Assembly (NCBI RefSeq): GCF_006345805.1
Contig: NC_043009.1
Location: 27,652,001 to 27,716,000, forward strand
Origin: Octopus sinensis
Taxonomy: Eukaryota
Direction: 5' to 3'
DNA: 64,000 bases
The notes under the pieces: model-generated
Told to the model about the DNA's origin: nothing
What the model saw: only the letters and a program-made list of their open reading frames with translations
The model's database searches: none
Shown: in pieces, positions 25,232 through 39,435 of the stretch
How the letters are laid out: every line of letters begins with the position of its first letter
Numbering within the stretch: the stretch's first letter is position 1
Program-made: the position numbers and the translations under genes

Positions 25232-26394
25232 GTAAGTATCTCTGTCAAACTTGTGTCAGTTCTTTGAACCAACTATTCTACATGTCTTCTGTCATGGCAG
25301 CACTTTTTAATTGGCGTAGAAATGTTTGGTTGATGTGACAACTTTGAGAAGTGGCGGGGATGTCTACGCAGCATTCTACGATGATCGACAATTACTGAAC
25401 TCCAACGAATATTTCAAACAAGCTCAGCAAATTAAATGCATCCATTTTCAAGACACCTTTCATCATGAGAACCGTATTGGCATCGGTTGGGGGCTATTAA
25501 GCAAGCATCAATTGTTCTAAACTCTAAAGTCCATCATAAATAACTCACTAAAAGATGCTGTGAATGTGTGTATGCCTGCACATGTGTGTGTACGTGTTAG
25601 TGTGTGTATGCATGTGTGTGATTGTTTTAGTGTGCATAGAATGCATGCACATGTGTACATGTGTGTGTATGTGTGTGTATTATCACAATATTCACATATG
25701 TGGTGAATTATTAAATCTAATTAGTTTCCAATCTGTTCTCTAATCAGCCATCCACCCCAACATACATATATACATATAATCCTCGTTTGTAAGATCAATT
25801 TATATTTTCATCTAACTCTTCCTCTTATGTATTGATTATTCATTAATTCACAATTCTAAATCAAGAAGATGACGAAGACATTGGTTTGTTCTGCAAACCT
25901 AATTCTAAGACAGATGCAAAAATAGAAAATAAATAAATAAATAAATAAAATAAATAAATAAATAAAATAAAAATAAAGATGAGAAAAATATTTCTGCTAA
26001 AAAAAAATCAATATAATTATAAGGCAGTGAAAAAGAAGCCATGCCCAAGATTAAATGCTTTGAGGTTGAAATATTAGAGAGGAAATTGGCAATTAATTAA
26101 TTTGTCCAGCTTCATATTAGTTATATCATGTATTTCACTGATATGAGATCAGCACGAGTTGTGATGAGAGTTCAAGTTCTGGTAGTTATTTCACTTGTCA
26201 AAGAATATACAGAATTCTCATGAAATGGAAACGTCTTCAAGATTGGTAAATATCCATTATAATGTACATATATATATATATATTCTTTTATTCTTTCTTT
26301 TTTCATACATACATACATACATACATATATAATATATATATATATACATATGCATATAAACATATATATGTACACACAAACACACGTATGTTTA

Positions 26395-27529
26395 TATCAG
26401 GTCATTAAGAATAAAATGTCTGATTTCGAACTGAAAGTTTATTTTATTTTATCTGAACAAAAAGCAACGCAGTTAATCAAAGTATGCACCTAAATTATCA
26501 ACATAATTTTGCTATTTTATTGGTAGCTTATCTATGCCAGAAGCGAAGAGTTCTGGAGAGCAAGAGGTGATGAAATTATGAAAGGCTGTTTTTGCATCGT
26601 CTTCAGATTTGAAGTTATTTCCTTGGAAGAAGTTGTCTAATGCCTGGAAAACATGATAGTCAGTTAGTGCAAGGTCTGGTGAATATAGTAGTACTTCTAA
26701 GTTCAGTTCTTGTAACTTGAGTAGCAATCTTTGTGTTACATGTGGTCGAGCATTGTCTTGCAAGAGAATTGGCCTGTCTCTATTGACCAATCTCAGTTGT
26801 TTAATTGCAAGTTCACTCATCATTTCATCCAATTGGTTGACGTATACATCTGCTGTAATAGACTTACCAGATCTCATGAAGCTGTTGTGGATGACACCAG
26901 CACTGGACCACCAAAAATATACCATTATTTTTTTTTTGGTGAATATTCTTTTTTGGATTGGGTTTTGGCACTTTATCTCTATCCAATCACCATGCAGAAC
27001 GCTTGCTATTGTTGAAAAGAATCCATTTTTCATCACTCGTAAAAATATGCAAAAATGGTTTGCTTCTATGCCGTGACAGCAAAGAACAGCAAAGAAGATG
27101 TGTCATTTGATGCTTGTTCAGTTCATGTAGTACCCACTTGTCCAGGTTTTTACCTTGCCAATTTGTTTCAGATGGTCCAATACAGTTGGAATCGAAACAT
27201 CAAACCTTGCTACTAACTCATGCATAGTTTGAGATGCATCCGCTTCCACTACAGTTTCCAGCTCATCATTATCCACCTTGGTCTCAGGTCTACCATGGGG
27301 CTGACTTTCAAGAGTTCCATGATGGAACTCATTCATAAACAACACAAATTTTTGATCTATCCATGGGTTCACAAAAACTGATTTACAAGAGAAAACTCAC
27401 AATATAATCAGACATCTTGAATTGCATTTCAAAAAGTGATGTAACTCTTCAATGTTGTAAAACAAAGAATTGTCAGAATAAAACTTGGTGCATTAGAAAA
27501 GTGGATATTTCATTCTCAATAGCCTTATA
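26395..27529 (-). mobile_element. Decayed mariner (DD34D-type) transposon with internal deletions
   Basis: TA-flanked imperfect TIRs (tatcaggtcattaagaataaaatgtc vs tataaggctattgagaatgaaatatc, 6/26 mismatches); transposase pieces GRP..VDNDEL..HLKQIGKVK, KWVLHEL, TSDEKW, LQDNARPH, YSPDLALTDY in shifted frames. Confidence 0.95.
26512..27372 (-). pseudogene. Mariner transposase pseudogene (frameshifted, N-terminal part deleted)
   Basis: ORFs 27118-27372 (second HTH) and 26512-27036 (catalytic); 31 residues between the 2nd and 3rd Asp instead of 34 because the HPP before YSPDL is lost. Confidence 0.9.
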
Positions 27530-27553
27530 TATATATATATACGATTGCAGCTT

Positions 27554-27720
27554 GGAAGATGTTTGTAAGCTATTCAAGAACACACAAAAACCCTTAGTTT
27601 CACTTCAACATTTAAATTTTATTTGTGTCACTTTGAAATATTTTGACAGAAATAAAATTTAAATGTTGAAGTGAAACTAACGGTTTTTGTGTGTTCTTGA
27701 ATGTCTTGCAAACATCTTCC
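27554..27720. mobile_element. ~170-bp palindromic MITE-like hairpin
   Basis: ggaagatgtttgtaagctattcaagaacacacaaaaac...tgtca / tgacag...gtttttgtgtgttcttgaatgtcttgcaaacatcttcc inverted arms with a ~12-bp loop. Confidence 0.75.
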
Positions 27721-27792
27721 ACATGGCAATTGTTTCTGCTTTGGCACACGATCTCAGATTAAATCACTTGCTATGCAGATACATCTCTATAA

Positions 27793-28024
27793 TACACATG
27801 GTGGCCCAAAAGTAGGTTTACAGTTATTCAACTATCTCTTATGCATTCATATATTAACAGTTTAGATCTTAATTATAAAAAAAAATCTGAACCCATTATT
27901 CTATGCTAATTTAGTTAATTTTGTCAAGGTCCCTTTTCAGTTTGGAAGATAGAAATTTAAAGGTAATAAAATGTTTTAAAAGAAATTTAAAGTGCCTGCA
28001 TGATAACTGTAAACCTACTTTTGG

Positions 28025-28030
<6 letters not shown>
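27793..28030. mobile_element. Tc1/mariner-type MITE
   Basis: 25-bp TIRs tggcccaaaagtaggtttacagtta (27802) and taactgtaaacctacttttgggcca (ends 28028), abutting a TA repeat. Confidence 0.8.
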
Positions 28031-28083
<53 letters not shown>

Positions 28084-28167
28084 ATGTATGTATGAATAAG
28101 AGAAAATAGACTGAGAGGGCTTCATCAGCATTCAAGTTGTATTCTAGTAAGGTATCTTCATATTTCT

Positions 28168-28562
28168 TATCTTTTACTTGTTTTAGACAGAATGTGGCCA
28201 TGCTGGGGCACTGCCTTAAAGAATTTTAGTTGAACGTATCGACCCCTGGTACATATGTTTTAACTCTGCTACTTTTTCCATCAGTTTCTTTTGCTGAACT
28301 GCTAAGTTACTGGGATATAAACACACCAACACCAGTTGTCAAGTAGTGGTGGAGGGGACCATCACAGATACAAAGACACAACGCCACACACACACACACA
28401 TATATATGACAGGATCCATTCAGTTTCCATCTACCAAGTCCTCATGCAAGACTTTGGTTTGCCTGGGGCTTTAGTAGATGACACTTGCCCAAGGTGCCAT
28501 GCAGTGGGACTGAACCCAGAACCATGTGTCAGGGAAGCAAAATTCTTACTGCACAGCCACAT
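28168..28562 (-). mobile_element. Family A SINE
   Basis: Same head, internal microsatellite and tail as 21617-22062, in reverse. Confidence 0.85.
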
Positions 28563-29529
28563 ATGGGTATGTCTTTAGAGTGCTCTACAACAGTATGTCC
28601 ACTTTGATTCTATCCTATGTCAATCTTGCTCACATTTAGTAAATTATAAAAATATTATAGCATTATATAAACATAAAAGGTTTCTTTAATGTTGCTATTT
28701 ACTGCATTATAATCGTCCACACACTATATTTAATAACCATGTTACTTCCTTGTTTTATAGACAGATTGATTCTGATTTAATAATAACATACAATCTATAT
28801 AGATTTCTTTGAAAATTGGGTTAGATAAGATCTGTACTGGACTGATGTTAAAAGCTGTTAAGCAGAATGAAAGCTTGGAACATATTCGAAACTGAATGTT
28901 ATATCAGGAATTAGAAAGAGGAATTTCATAAAATCTTTACATTATTAAAATCACAAGATATTTCGATATATGGTCCTTGTTTGATTTCGTGCTGATAAAA
29001 TAACAAAACTTTATGGATTGTGTTTTATTTACTCTTCCCAAAGATATTGTTTCATAAAAGGATTTCATATCCACCCTCTTAAAACATGTGTAAATAGTTG
29101 ATATCTGCATTAATTTCTCTTTACGCTTATGTTCTAGCGAGCATTGTGGGCGCTCAGGTATGTGAGAAATACATGCTTGTATATATATATATGTGTGTGC
29201 GTGTGTGCGTGTTTGTGTATGTAAGTATGTGTTTGTGTGTCTGTAAGTGTGCATATGTGTATGGGTGTATGTAAGTGTGTGTATGTGTGTGTATGTGTGT
29301 ATATGAATGAATGTATGTGTGTGTGTATATATGTATGTATGTAAGAGTGTGTATGTGTATGTATATATGTGTATGTGTGTATATACATGTATGTATGTGT
29401 GTATATACATGTGTGTATGTGTGTGTGTTTGTGTGTGTATGTGTGTATGTAAGTGTGTGTGGGTATGTTTGCGCATGTGTGTGTATGTGTATGTGTGTAT
29501 GTATGTGTGTGTATGTGTGTGTGTATGTG

Positions 29530-29822
29530 TGAAGGCTCGTGGCTTAGTGGTTAGGAGCATTCAGCTCAGAGTTGTAAGGTTGTGGTTTCGATTCCCAGTG
29601 GCGCATTGTGTCCTTGAGCAAGACACTTTATTTCACATTGCTCCAGTCCACTCAGCTGGCAAAAATGAGTTGTAACTGTAATTCACAGGAGTCAGCCTTG
29701 TCACATTCTGTGTCATGCTGAATCTCCCTGAGAACAATATCATGTGTATGAGGGTCTGTGGAGTACTCAGCCACTTGCACATTAATTTAACAAGGAAGCT
29801 GCTCCATGGATCAGATCAACTT
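29530..29822 (+). mobile_element. tRNA-derived Meta-type SINE (family B)
   Basis: ggcttagtggttagg A-box, ggtttcgattccc B-box, ccttgagcaagacactttatttcacattgctccagtccactcagctggcaaaaatgag. Confidence 0.85.
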
Positions 29823-29898
29823 TAGAGTCAGTTATATACATACACACACACACACACACACATATATATATTCATGTACACATATATATACTCATATA

Positions 29899-29929
<31 letters not shown>

Positions 29930-29934
<5 letters not shown>

Positions 29935-30085
29935 AGGGAGCTTGCTTCCTAGCTACATGGTTTCGGGTTCAGTCCCACTGCGTGGCACTTTGGGTAGGTG
30001 TCTTCCACTATAGCCCCGAGCTGACCGGAGCTTTGTGATTGAATTCAGTAGGTGGAAGTTACTGCCGTGTGTGTACATGTGCGTG
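29930..30085 (+). mobile_element. Family A SINE 5' half
   Basis: ttcgggttcagtcccactgcgtggcactttggg...ctatagccccgagctgacc. Confidence 0.8.
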
Positions 30086-30197
30086 TAGGTGCTTGTGCCT
30101 CTCCGAAAGAGAGAGAGAGGGATATCTTCAACATATACACATATATACTCAAATATATATACATATATATATATACATATATATATATATATTATAT

Positions 30198-30230
<33 letters not shown>

Positions 30231-30578
30231 ATATGTATGTATATATATATATGTATGTATATATATCGTTGCTATTATGCAAAAGTGTCATAAGTCCAAA
30301 ACAGTGCTTTTCCAGAAAAACAAAAAAATACTTTCACCATTCCATAGCAAAACTGTTGAACTAAACTTTTACAATTTTTGATATCTTGGCATCTGAAGCA
30401 GCTGGAGAGAGAGAAGAGTTTGACCAAAAGAACTGGCTATTGCGAGCGAAAGTGAATATTGGAAAAGAAACACATTCGGCCAAATTTTGGACATACGACG
30501 GTTTAACATAATAGCAACAACATATTTATACATACAGACACACACATATATATGATTATATATATGAATGTATATGTA

Positions 30579-30648
<70 letters not shown>

Positions 30649-30846
30649 GTATGCATACACAGGGGGTAAGAGAGAAAGAGAGGGTACAAAATATATATAG
30701 TTGAAAAATAGGATTACATTTACAATCAAAATTATTAGGATTAATGCTTAGAGAAGTACAACGAGTTAATTGGGCTAATTGTTAATAATAATATTTATAT
30801 ATTTATAACGTTTTCATGGATAATAATGATATCTTACATTTTAGCT

Positions 30847-31200
30847 TTCATTTGTTCCAGTCATTAGACTGTGGCCATGCTGGAGTACCACCTTGAAAAA
30901 TTTTAGAAGAATGGATCAACCCCCAGTGTATATTGGGAAGCGAGGTACTTATTCTATCGATCTCTTTTGCCAAACTACTTAGGTATGGGGATGTAAACAC
31001 ACCAACAGCAGTAGTCAACTGGTGATGGGAACAAACACTCACTCACAGATATATACGACAGGTTTCTTTCAGTTTCCATCTACCAAATCCATTTACAAGG
31101 CTTTGGTTGGTCTGAGCCTACAGTAGAAGACCCTTACTAAGATGCCATATAGTAGGGCTGAACCTGGAAACATAAGGTTAGGAAGCAGACATCTTACCAT
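30847..31200 (-). mobile_element. Family A SINE
   Basis: cagtcattagactgtggccatgctggag...ctaccaaatccatttacaaggctttgg. Confidence 0.85.
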
Positions 31201-31574
31201 AGTGATGTCTGTGTATAAATTTATATATGTATATATATTTATAATATACTATTTATATATTTATAAATTATTGCATTTTTGTAGCAATCAAAGGTGTAAT
31301 ATTGACTGTATTGAATATAGTTGAATACATTCTTCTTAAACATATTTGTGTACATTTGGACCTGGAAAGATAAAACACTGGTCAAGTCTCAAGAGAAGCA
31401 ATTCTCATTATAGGTGTAAACACACCATTAGGCAATGAATGACACCACTGGACTGTAGGATCTGTGTGTTTCTGCATTGTTATGCTTCATCAGTTATGCA
31501 TAGCAAACTATTATTCATGGGCTCAGAGAGCTGGTCGCTCTTATGTCAGGAATAGCAAATGGTACATTTGCCTC

Positions 31575-31812
31575 GATGAAATATGTCTGAGCCATGCAAA
31601 CAAGGAAAAGTGGACATTAATACAATGACAATGACGATGATGACCACGGCAGTGACGATGATGATGATGGTGGTGGTGTTGGTGGTGGTGGCGCTGGCAG
31701 TGATGACGATGATTGTAATATTGATGAGGATGACAATAATGATGATAATGATGACAATGATGATGTTGACAACGATGATGATGATGTCGATGATGATGAT
31801 GATGATGATTGA
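31575..31812 (+). repeat. RTE-type tail remnant expanded to a (GAT/GAC/GGT)n array
   Basis: ggaaaagtggacattaat followed by trinucleotide repeats. Confidence 0.6.
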
Positions 31813-32379
31813 GGAGACCTCAGTCAAATAAGCTTATCCATTGTTAAGAATTGCACTAAATTGGTCACTATGAAATTTTCGTGAAAGCTATCAACTAGAT
31901 TGTCTATCAAAATGTTGCTTGCATTCATGTAGATAATAGAAAATTGATTTTTATATTATTGATATATCTTTGAATAATATGTGTTTATATTATTATCGCA
32001 TAATCATAACTGAATTTATAACACAAATCTATGCGATTATAAAACCGAACACTTACATCCTTGATTGAAGATTTAATTTTATTCAATATTATGAATGTGA
32101 TCAATAAGGTTGATCAGATATTAGAAAAATAAATCTAATGGACCAAATTATGGTTCCAAACATCTCAAAGTTCTTTGAAAGCAGATAGAGAAAGACTCTT
32201 AAATCAAAGAAGAATCATGCTTGAGAACTGTACCTCTGGTGTGTACCTGGTGATGCATGAAAACACAACGCTTTAAGCACAGAACCAATCTAAATGGAAA
32301 CCCCATATATTTATTGGATTGTGTTTTCAGTGACATTGAAGTAGATCAGAATATATATGTGCAGGATATGTGTGTGTAT

Positions 32380-33298
<919 letters not shown>

Positions 33299-34283
33299 GC
33301 ACATGTTACAGAATGCAACAAATAGTATTGTCAAGTTGTTTGATGAATAAGAGTGTTGGTACAATAAACTAATTCTGAAATAATTATATTTATTTAATGA
33401 TAGCGCCCTCCACTTCATTAGTGGACTTAGTCTTTTTTGAACTCTTGGGTTAGTCATCGAAAGTCTTGTTAAGTATGTGCGGTAGATATGCCCAATTTAT
33501 TCCGATAGTTCTTCAATCTGATCTGCTAAGCATGCAACATTAAGCAACACTATTTCTAGCTCTAAGGAATTTGGTATCAGGTGTGAATTCTTCAAATTAT
33601 CAATGTAGTCTGCTGACTGTTTTTAATTGTTCGGAATAGTGAAGTATGAAATTGGTAGTAGAAGAGAGTTAGAGGGAGTGAGAAAGTGAAAGGGAGAGAG
33701 AGAGAGAAAGAGAAAATAAGAATAGAAGTTATATATATATATATTATATATATATATATATACATGCATACTCATACACATACACTCACACACACACTTA
33801 CACATAAATTTGTCTATGAACTTAGTTAAAATGTGTGTGTGAGAGGAAAATAGAGAGAGGGGGAATAAGAATGGAAACATGATATATATCTATATATAGA
33901 TATATCCATATATATTATATATATATATATATATATAATATAAATGTATATATAAAGAGAATGAAAGACAGGAGACAAGGGTGGGGTGGAAACAGTGCTA
34001 AAAGACTTGGAGGATAAATAAGGAGGATTATGATATTAAGTAAAACTAGTGACAGATTGGCAGATATCTATTGGTAAATGGACAAAAAGAAAAGGAAAAA
34101 CAAGAAACAACAGAGAAACAATAACAACAATAATAATAATATTAAGTGAACAAAAAATGTGAAGCAAAATACAGCATACATACCTCCATACACACACATA
34201 CACTTATCAATATCTATTTATCTATCTATCTTATCTATCTATCTATATATCTATCTATCTATCTATCTATCTAATATATCTAT

Positions 34284-34315
<32 letters not shown>

Positions 34316-34405
34316 TTATATATCTATATATCTATCTATCTATTTGTCTATCTATCTTTCTATCTATTTATCAATATTCGTCTATGCCTCCATATATATT
34401 TATAA

Positions 34406-34451
<46 letters not shown>

Positions 34452-35031
34452 CTGTGTAAGCTCACATACCCAGAGACACATATGCGCATACATGCTTATA
34501 TATAAATATATATTTACACACACACACACATACATATGTCTCTGTTTGTCTCAGTCTCTATATATGTATACGTGTGTATGTGTACATGTATATTTACATA
34601 AATGTACACATACATGCATACATACAGACATACATACATACAAACATACATACATACATACATACATACATACATGCATACATGCATACATACATATGCA
34701 TATATAATGAAAGAGAGGAAATTGGAGTAGGATGTAGGCAGTCGTAAAGATAATGCGTGATAGATCGTATGAATTAAATAAAATTTCTGAATAACAATTC
34801 TCTCCTCAAAGCCTTCGGTACATTAACACTGACATCACCCACCAAAGCCCACCCCCAGCCAACAGCTCTGGTCTGTGTGACTTTCATAACTAAACGCACA
34901 ATGTCCAGGGATGTTGTCTTTCGTCTGCAATCTAGAAACTTCCATTTGCTTCCCTTTGGTAATTAGATATAATGCATATTTGACTGGGATTATTGATTTT
35001 ATCATGTATTGTCATAGTGGCTTTTATACAG

Positions 35032-35134
35032 ATTATTTTCCAACAAGCGAAAACCACGAATTCATTCAATGTACTCAGTGATGCCAAAATGTGCACCAAT
35101 CATTGTAGCAGTGATCAGATCGCTTCCGAACCAT
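35032..35134 (+). other. Candidate 103-nt exon (IIFQQAKTTNSFNVLSDAKMCTNHCSSDQIASEP in phase 0)
   Basis: Acceptor ggcttttatacAG, donor CAT|GTGAGT at 35135; lies in a repeat-free unique segment; two frames open. Confidence 0.35.
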
Positions 35135-36039
35135 GTGAGTGAAAAGGGCAAAGGTCACATGTCAGAAGACAGTTCAAAGCTATCACACTGATTACTTACA
35201 TCTTTTGTTCGTTTCAAAAGACATATTTTTATGTTTCTTATTGGATTCAAGTTTAAGCCGAAGAATTTTGCTATGTTTTCTTTTTCTCCTTTATTTATTT
35301 ATTTTTCTATTTTTTTTTTTGTTTTCTTATCCATCATCTTTAGTGATCGGTTATTTTCATTCATGCTACATTTTTGTCGCACAATCGATTATATTGTTCT
35401 TTCTAAGACAGCACTATTTTATTTTGGACAAACAACTGTTCTGCCCATTCCACTATTCTCATTCACATTTGCATCTCCTCTAAAATGTATTCTTTTTATT
35501 CCTATATTCTCTTTATTGTAACTTCTATTCTTTACTTATTCCTTGGTTCTGTTAATTTCTTTATTCTATTACATAACAAGCAATTTTATTTCCAAGTATT
35601 CCGATTTCTTTATCTGATGAATAGCTACATATCAATCAACTGATCTTGTTGCATTTCTCTCCCCCTTTTTTCTTTATTAGATTTTAGGTACCACTAGAAA
35701 ACAATTTTGTTTACTAATTGCTTGAATAATCTAATTTATTTGAAGTTTTTTAACTCATTATGTTACAAATATAAGGCCCTATCGTATTTATATTTTAATT
35801 ATCGTACTAACTGGAATGTTTGTTTAACTATTATTGTTAATTTGATTATTATTATCATGATCATCATCATGATCATGATCATCATCATTATCATCATCAT
35901 TATTATCATTATTAATAGACATGGCTGTGTAGTTATGACATTTGCTATTTTTATGGGTAAACATGGCTGTAGGGTTAGGAATTTGCTTTCAGACCATGTG
36001 TTTTCAGATTCAGCCCAACTGCAAGTGTCTTCTACTGGA

Positions 36040-36290
36040 GGCATGTAGCTTAGTGGTTAGGGGTACTGGACTCATGATTGTAAGATTGTGGTCTCAATTC
36101 CTGGACCAGGCAACATATGTTGTGTCCTTGAGTAAGACACTTCATTTCAAGTTGCTCCAGTCCACTCAGCTGCAAAAGTGAGTTAATCCTGCAAAGGACT
36201 GGCGTCCTATCCAGGTGGGGAATTTATATATGCCGTGGAAACCAGGAAACTGGCCCTTAGGAGTCTACATGACTCAAGAAGATAACTTTA
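36040..36290 (+). mobile_element. tRNA-derived SINE with Meta and V-like domains
   Basis: gcttagtggttaggg A-box; gttgctccagtccactcagctgcaaaagtgag; cctgcaaaggactggcgtcctatccagg resembles the V-SINE core. Confidence 0.8.
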
Positions 36291-36983
36291 CCTTTTCTTT
36301 ACAAAACATCTCTACTAAAGCTTGGATATGAATTAAGTTGACAAAAGCTGAAAAAAGCCTGTCATGTGTGTGTGTGTGTGTGTGTGGAAACATGTGTGAA
36401 TCTGTATCTGGTTGTTTGATGACATTTGTTTTTGTCTGTAAAATTTGAGCCATGAGCAAGTGATCCTACTATCATTTCCCCTGATAACAAAATCATCCCT
36501 TGGCTTTATGCCTTTGCAGGCATGTGAAAGGGTAAATTCCTTATCTGAAAAATCAGGCAAGGTTGAGCAACAGGAACGGCATCCAGCTGTAAAATAATAT
36601 TTCAATAATATATTCACCGAACCCATGCTAGTATGGATAAATGTATGTTAAAACGAATTTATGAACAAAATGTTGTTGTTATTAAATAGTTTCAGTTATT
36701 TAGATACAAGAAATTTCTTCTCATATATTTATATATATGAAAAAAATGTCATAGATTGCAATAAACGCACTGATATTGAACTAGGAAATATTTCTTAAAG
36801 AATATAAAAGTAACATGCTTGAAAAGGTTAACCAGATTTAGTTGTTTACTGTTTGTTTAGATGTTTGGAATTGTTGAGGATTAATCAAATCAGTTTAGCA
36901 TTCAAGATCAAATATTAACCGAGGATTTCACTGTCTGTTATTTAGGCATTGGGTACATGTACAAAGAAAGACATGAAGTAGTG

Positions 36984-37034
<51 letters not shown>

Positions 37035-37079
37035 CATGTATATGTATATATGTATCTGTAAACGTATACATACATACAT

Positions 37080-37125
<46 letters not shown>

Positions 37126-38452
37126 AAAGTCAGAATGCGATAAAATAAAATAAAATTATATATATATATATATATATGCATACATTTACATGTACATATA
37201 TACATATTATATATGTATGTATAGATTTACACACACAAAATATATATATATATATATATATACATACATATATGTATGTATGTATGCATACATATACATA
37301 TATATATACATACATACACACACATACATATATGCATATATATATATATGTGTGTGTATGTGTGTATATATGTTTGTGTGTGTGTGTATATATGTGTGTG
37401 TATAAACATAATTGTTTAATCAGTGCTATATTTTTAAAGTAAGAATCACAGAACATTTACTGATGGAAAGACTCAATGCTGAGAGTTGAGTCAAATTTAT
37501 TATAAATTTTGTTTTGACTTGAACTTCACACTTTCCTCTTATGGTTTATTCACCCATCTTGAATAAGCCACCAGTCAAGGTGTGAAATCGAAGTCAGCAA
37601 GAAACGATGTGTTAGTTAATCAAAATATATTAGGTGATGGTAATAAATCAAGACAAGAAGATATTGTATTATCTAACATAGGTTGTTTAATGTGCATATA
37701 AATTTTGGAGATTAAGCTGTTGAAGTGATCACTAAGCAATGTGAGATGAAGTGTTTTGCTCAAGAGCACAATGTACCGCCCAATCCAGGAATTGAAATCA
37801 CAGTCTCCTGATCATGAGTGCAATGCCTTAACAACAAGGCCATGTACTCTCACAAATAACTTAAATAACATATCTGATATATGTGAAATTCAAGAAAACA
37901 TTTGGTGAAATTTGAAGTCCCAGTCAACAAGAAATTCATAATTAAAAGATTTCTTTAGCAGATGAATTCCTGGATGTTTCAAAATAGTCTCAAAGCGTTT
38001 TCTGATAATAGTTTCTGCAATTCTTATTATGGTGTAGTTCTGAATTTATGAGTCAGACCTAATTTCAAAATTACCATATTCTAGATATGGACATTCATTA
38101 TAACAATGATGAAAGGGATTTAGATGGAACTGAAATTCCAAAGCAAATCGTGGATAACTTAAATAATATATCAGAAATATGCGAAATTATAAATAATCGA
38201 CCTTCCAAAGCCTAATCTCCAATTAAAGCAGCAACTTGTAAGATATTACCCATTTGAAGCATTTTAATTCTTCTTAATCCAAGATTTGATGTATTACTTT
38301 CTAATAGCAGAGATTTAGATAGTAAGTTAATAAATTTTAAGTCTATCTAATTAGTTTTACCAGTAATTACATCTAAACCCTTTAAAGCTGTCATTCAGTC
38401 ATTTTGTCTTTCTCTCTCAGCACACACATACATATATGTATATATATGTGTC

Positions 38453-38504
<52 letters not shown>

Positions 38505-38565
38505 TATATATATGTTTACACACACACACACACACACACATATATATGTATATATATATATGTTT

Positions 38566-38596
<31 letters not shown>

Positions 38597-38964
38597 CAAC
38601 ACGCGTACACTCATTTAATATAGATGTATGTAAATATATGTTCATAAATATTAAACTATATGCTAATTGCCTTGAACTCAAATGCTATCCAAATCTTTTC
38701 TCCAATATCTGTCTATCAAATCTCATAATCAAAATACGCGTGCACACAAACACACACACACACTCACACACATGTTCACGTAGAGACAAGCATACATACA
38801 CACACACATATTTATATACATATGTGTGTCGAGGATGCAAACATATATACATACAGGCTCCCAATCATATTTTTAAATGCAATCGTATTCTGTTACATTT
38901 CTAAAATTTAAGTAGTTTTGCACATTGGAACTGAGATGACATGCAATAAAGTGATATTAAGATG

Positions 38965-39065
38965 TGGTTATAATGCAGTGGGGAAATATCAATGCTGTAG
39001 ATACGTATTGAGTATATATACACATATATGTACACATCTATCTATCTATCTGTCTGTCTGTCTGC

Positions 39066-39142
<77 letters not shown>

Positions 39143-39321
39143 AGTCTGTCTGTCTGTCTATCTACCTTTCTATTCATCCATCCATCCATCCATCAATCCA
39201 TCCATGAATTCATCTATCTCTTTATCTGTCGTCTGTCTGCCTATCTCTCTCTGTCTATCTATCTGTTTATCTATCTCTCTATAACTATCTATCTATCCAT
39301 CCATCCATCCATCCATCCATC

Positions 39322-39381
<60 letters not shown>

Positions 39382-39435
39382 GTCTGTCTGTCTATCTGTC
39401 TGTCTCTCTCTCTGTTTCTCTCTCTCTCTATCTAT
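38965..39435. repeat. (TCTA/TCTG/TCCA)n tetranucleotide array
   Basis: Directly visible. Confidence 0.95.

Noticed and set aside
25326-25520. 64-aa ORF in a CpG-richer unique segment
   Set aside because: Non-ATG start, weak acceptor, no donor and no homology recognised.
33398-33412. CTCF-like motif (tagcgccctccac)
   Set aside because: Only the 3' half of the consensus matches; the CCASYAG part is missing.
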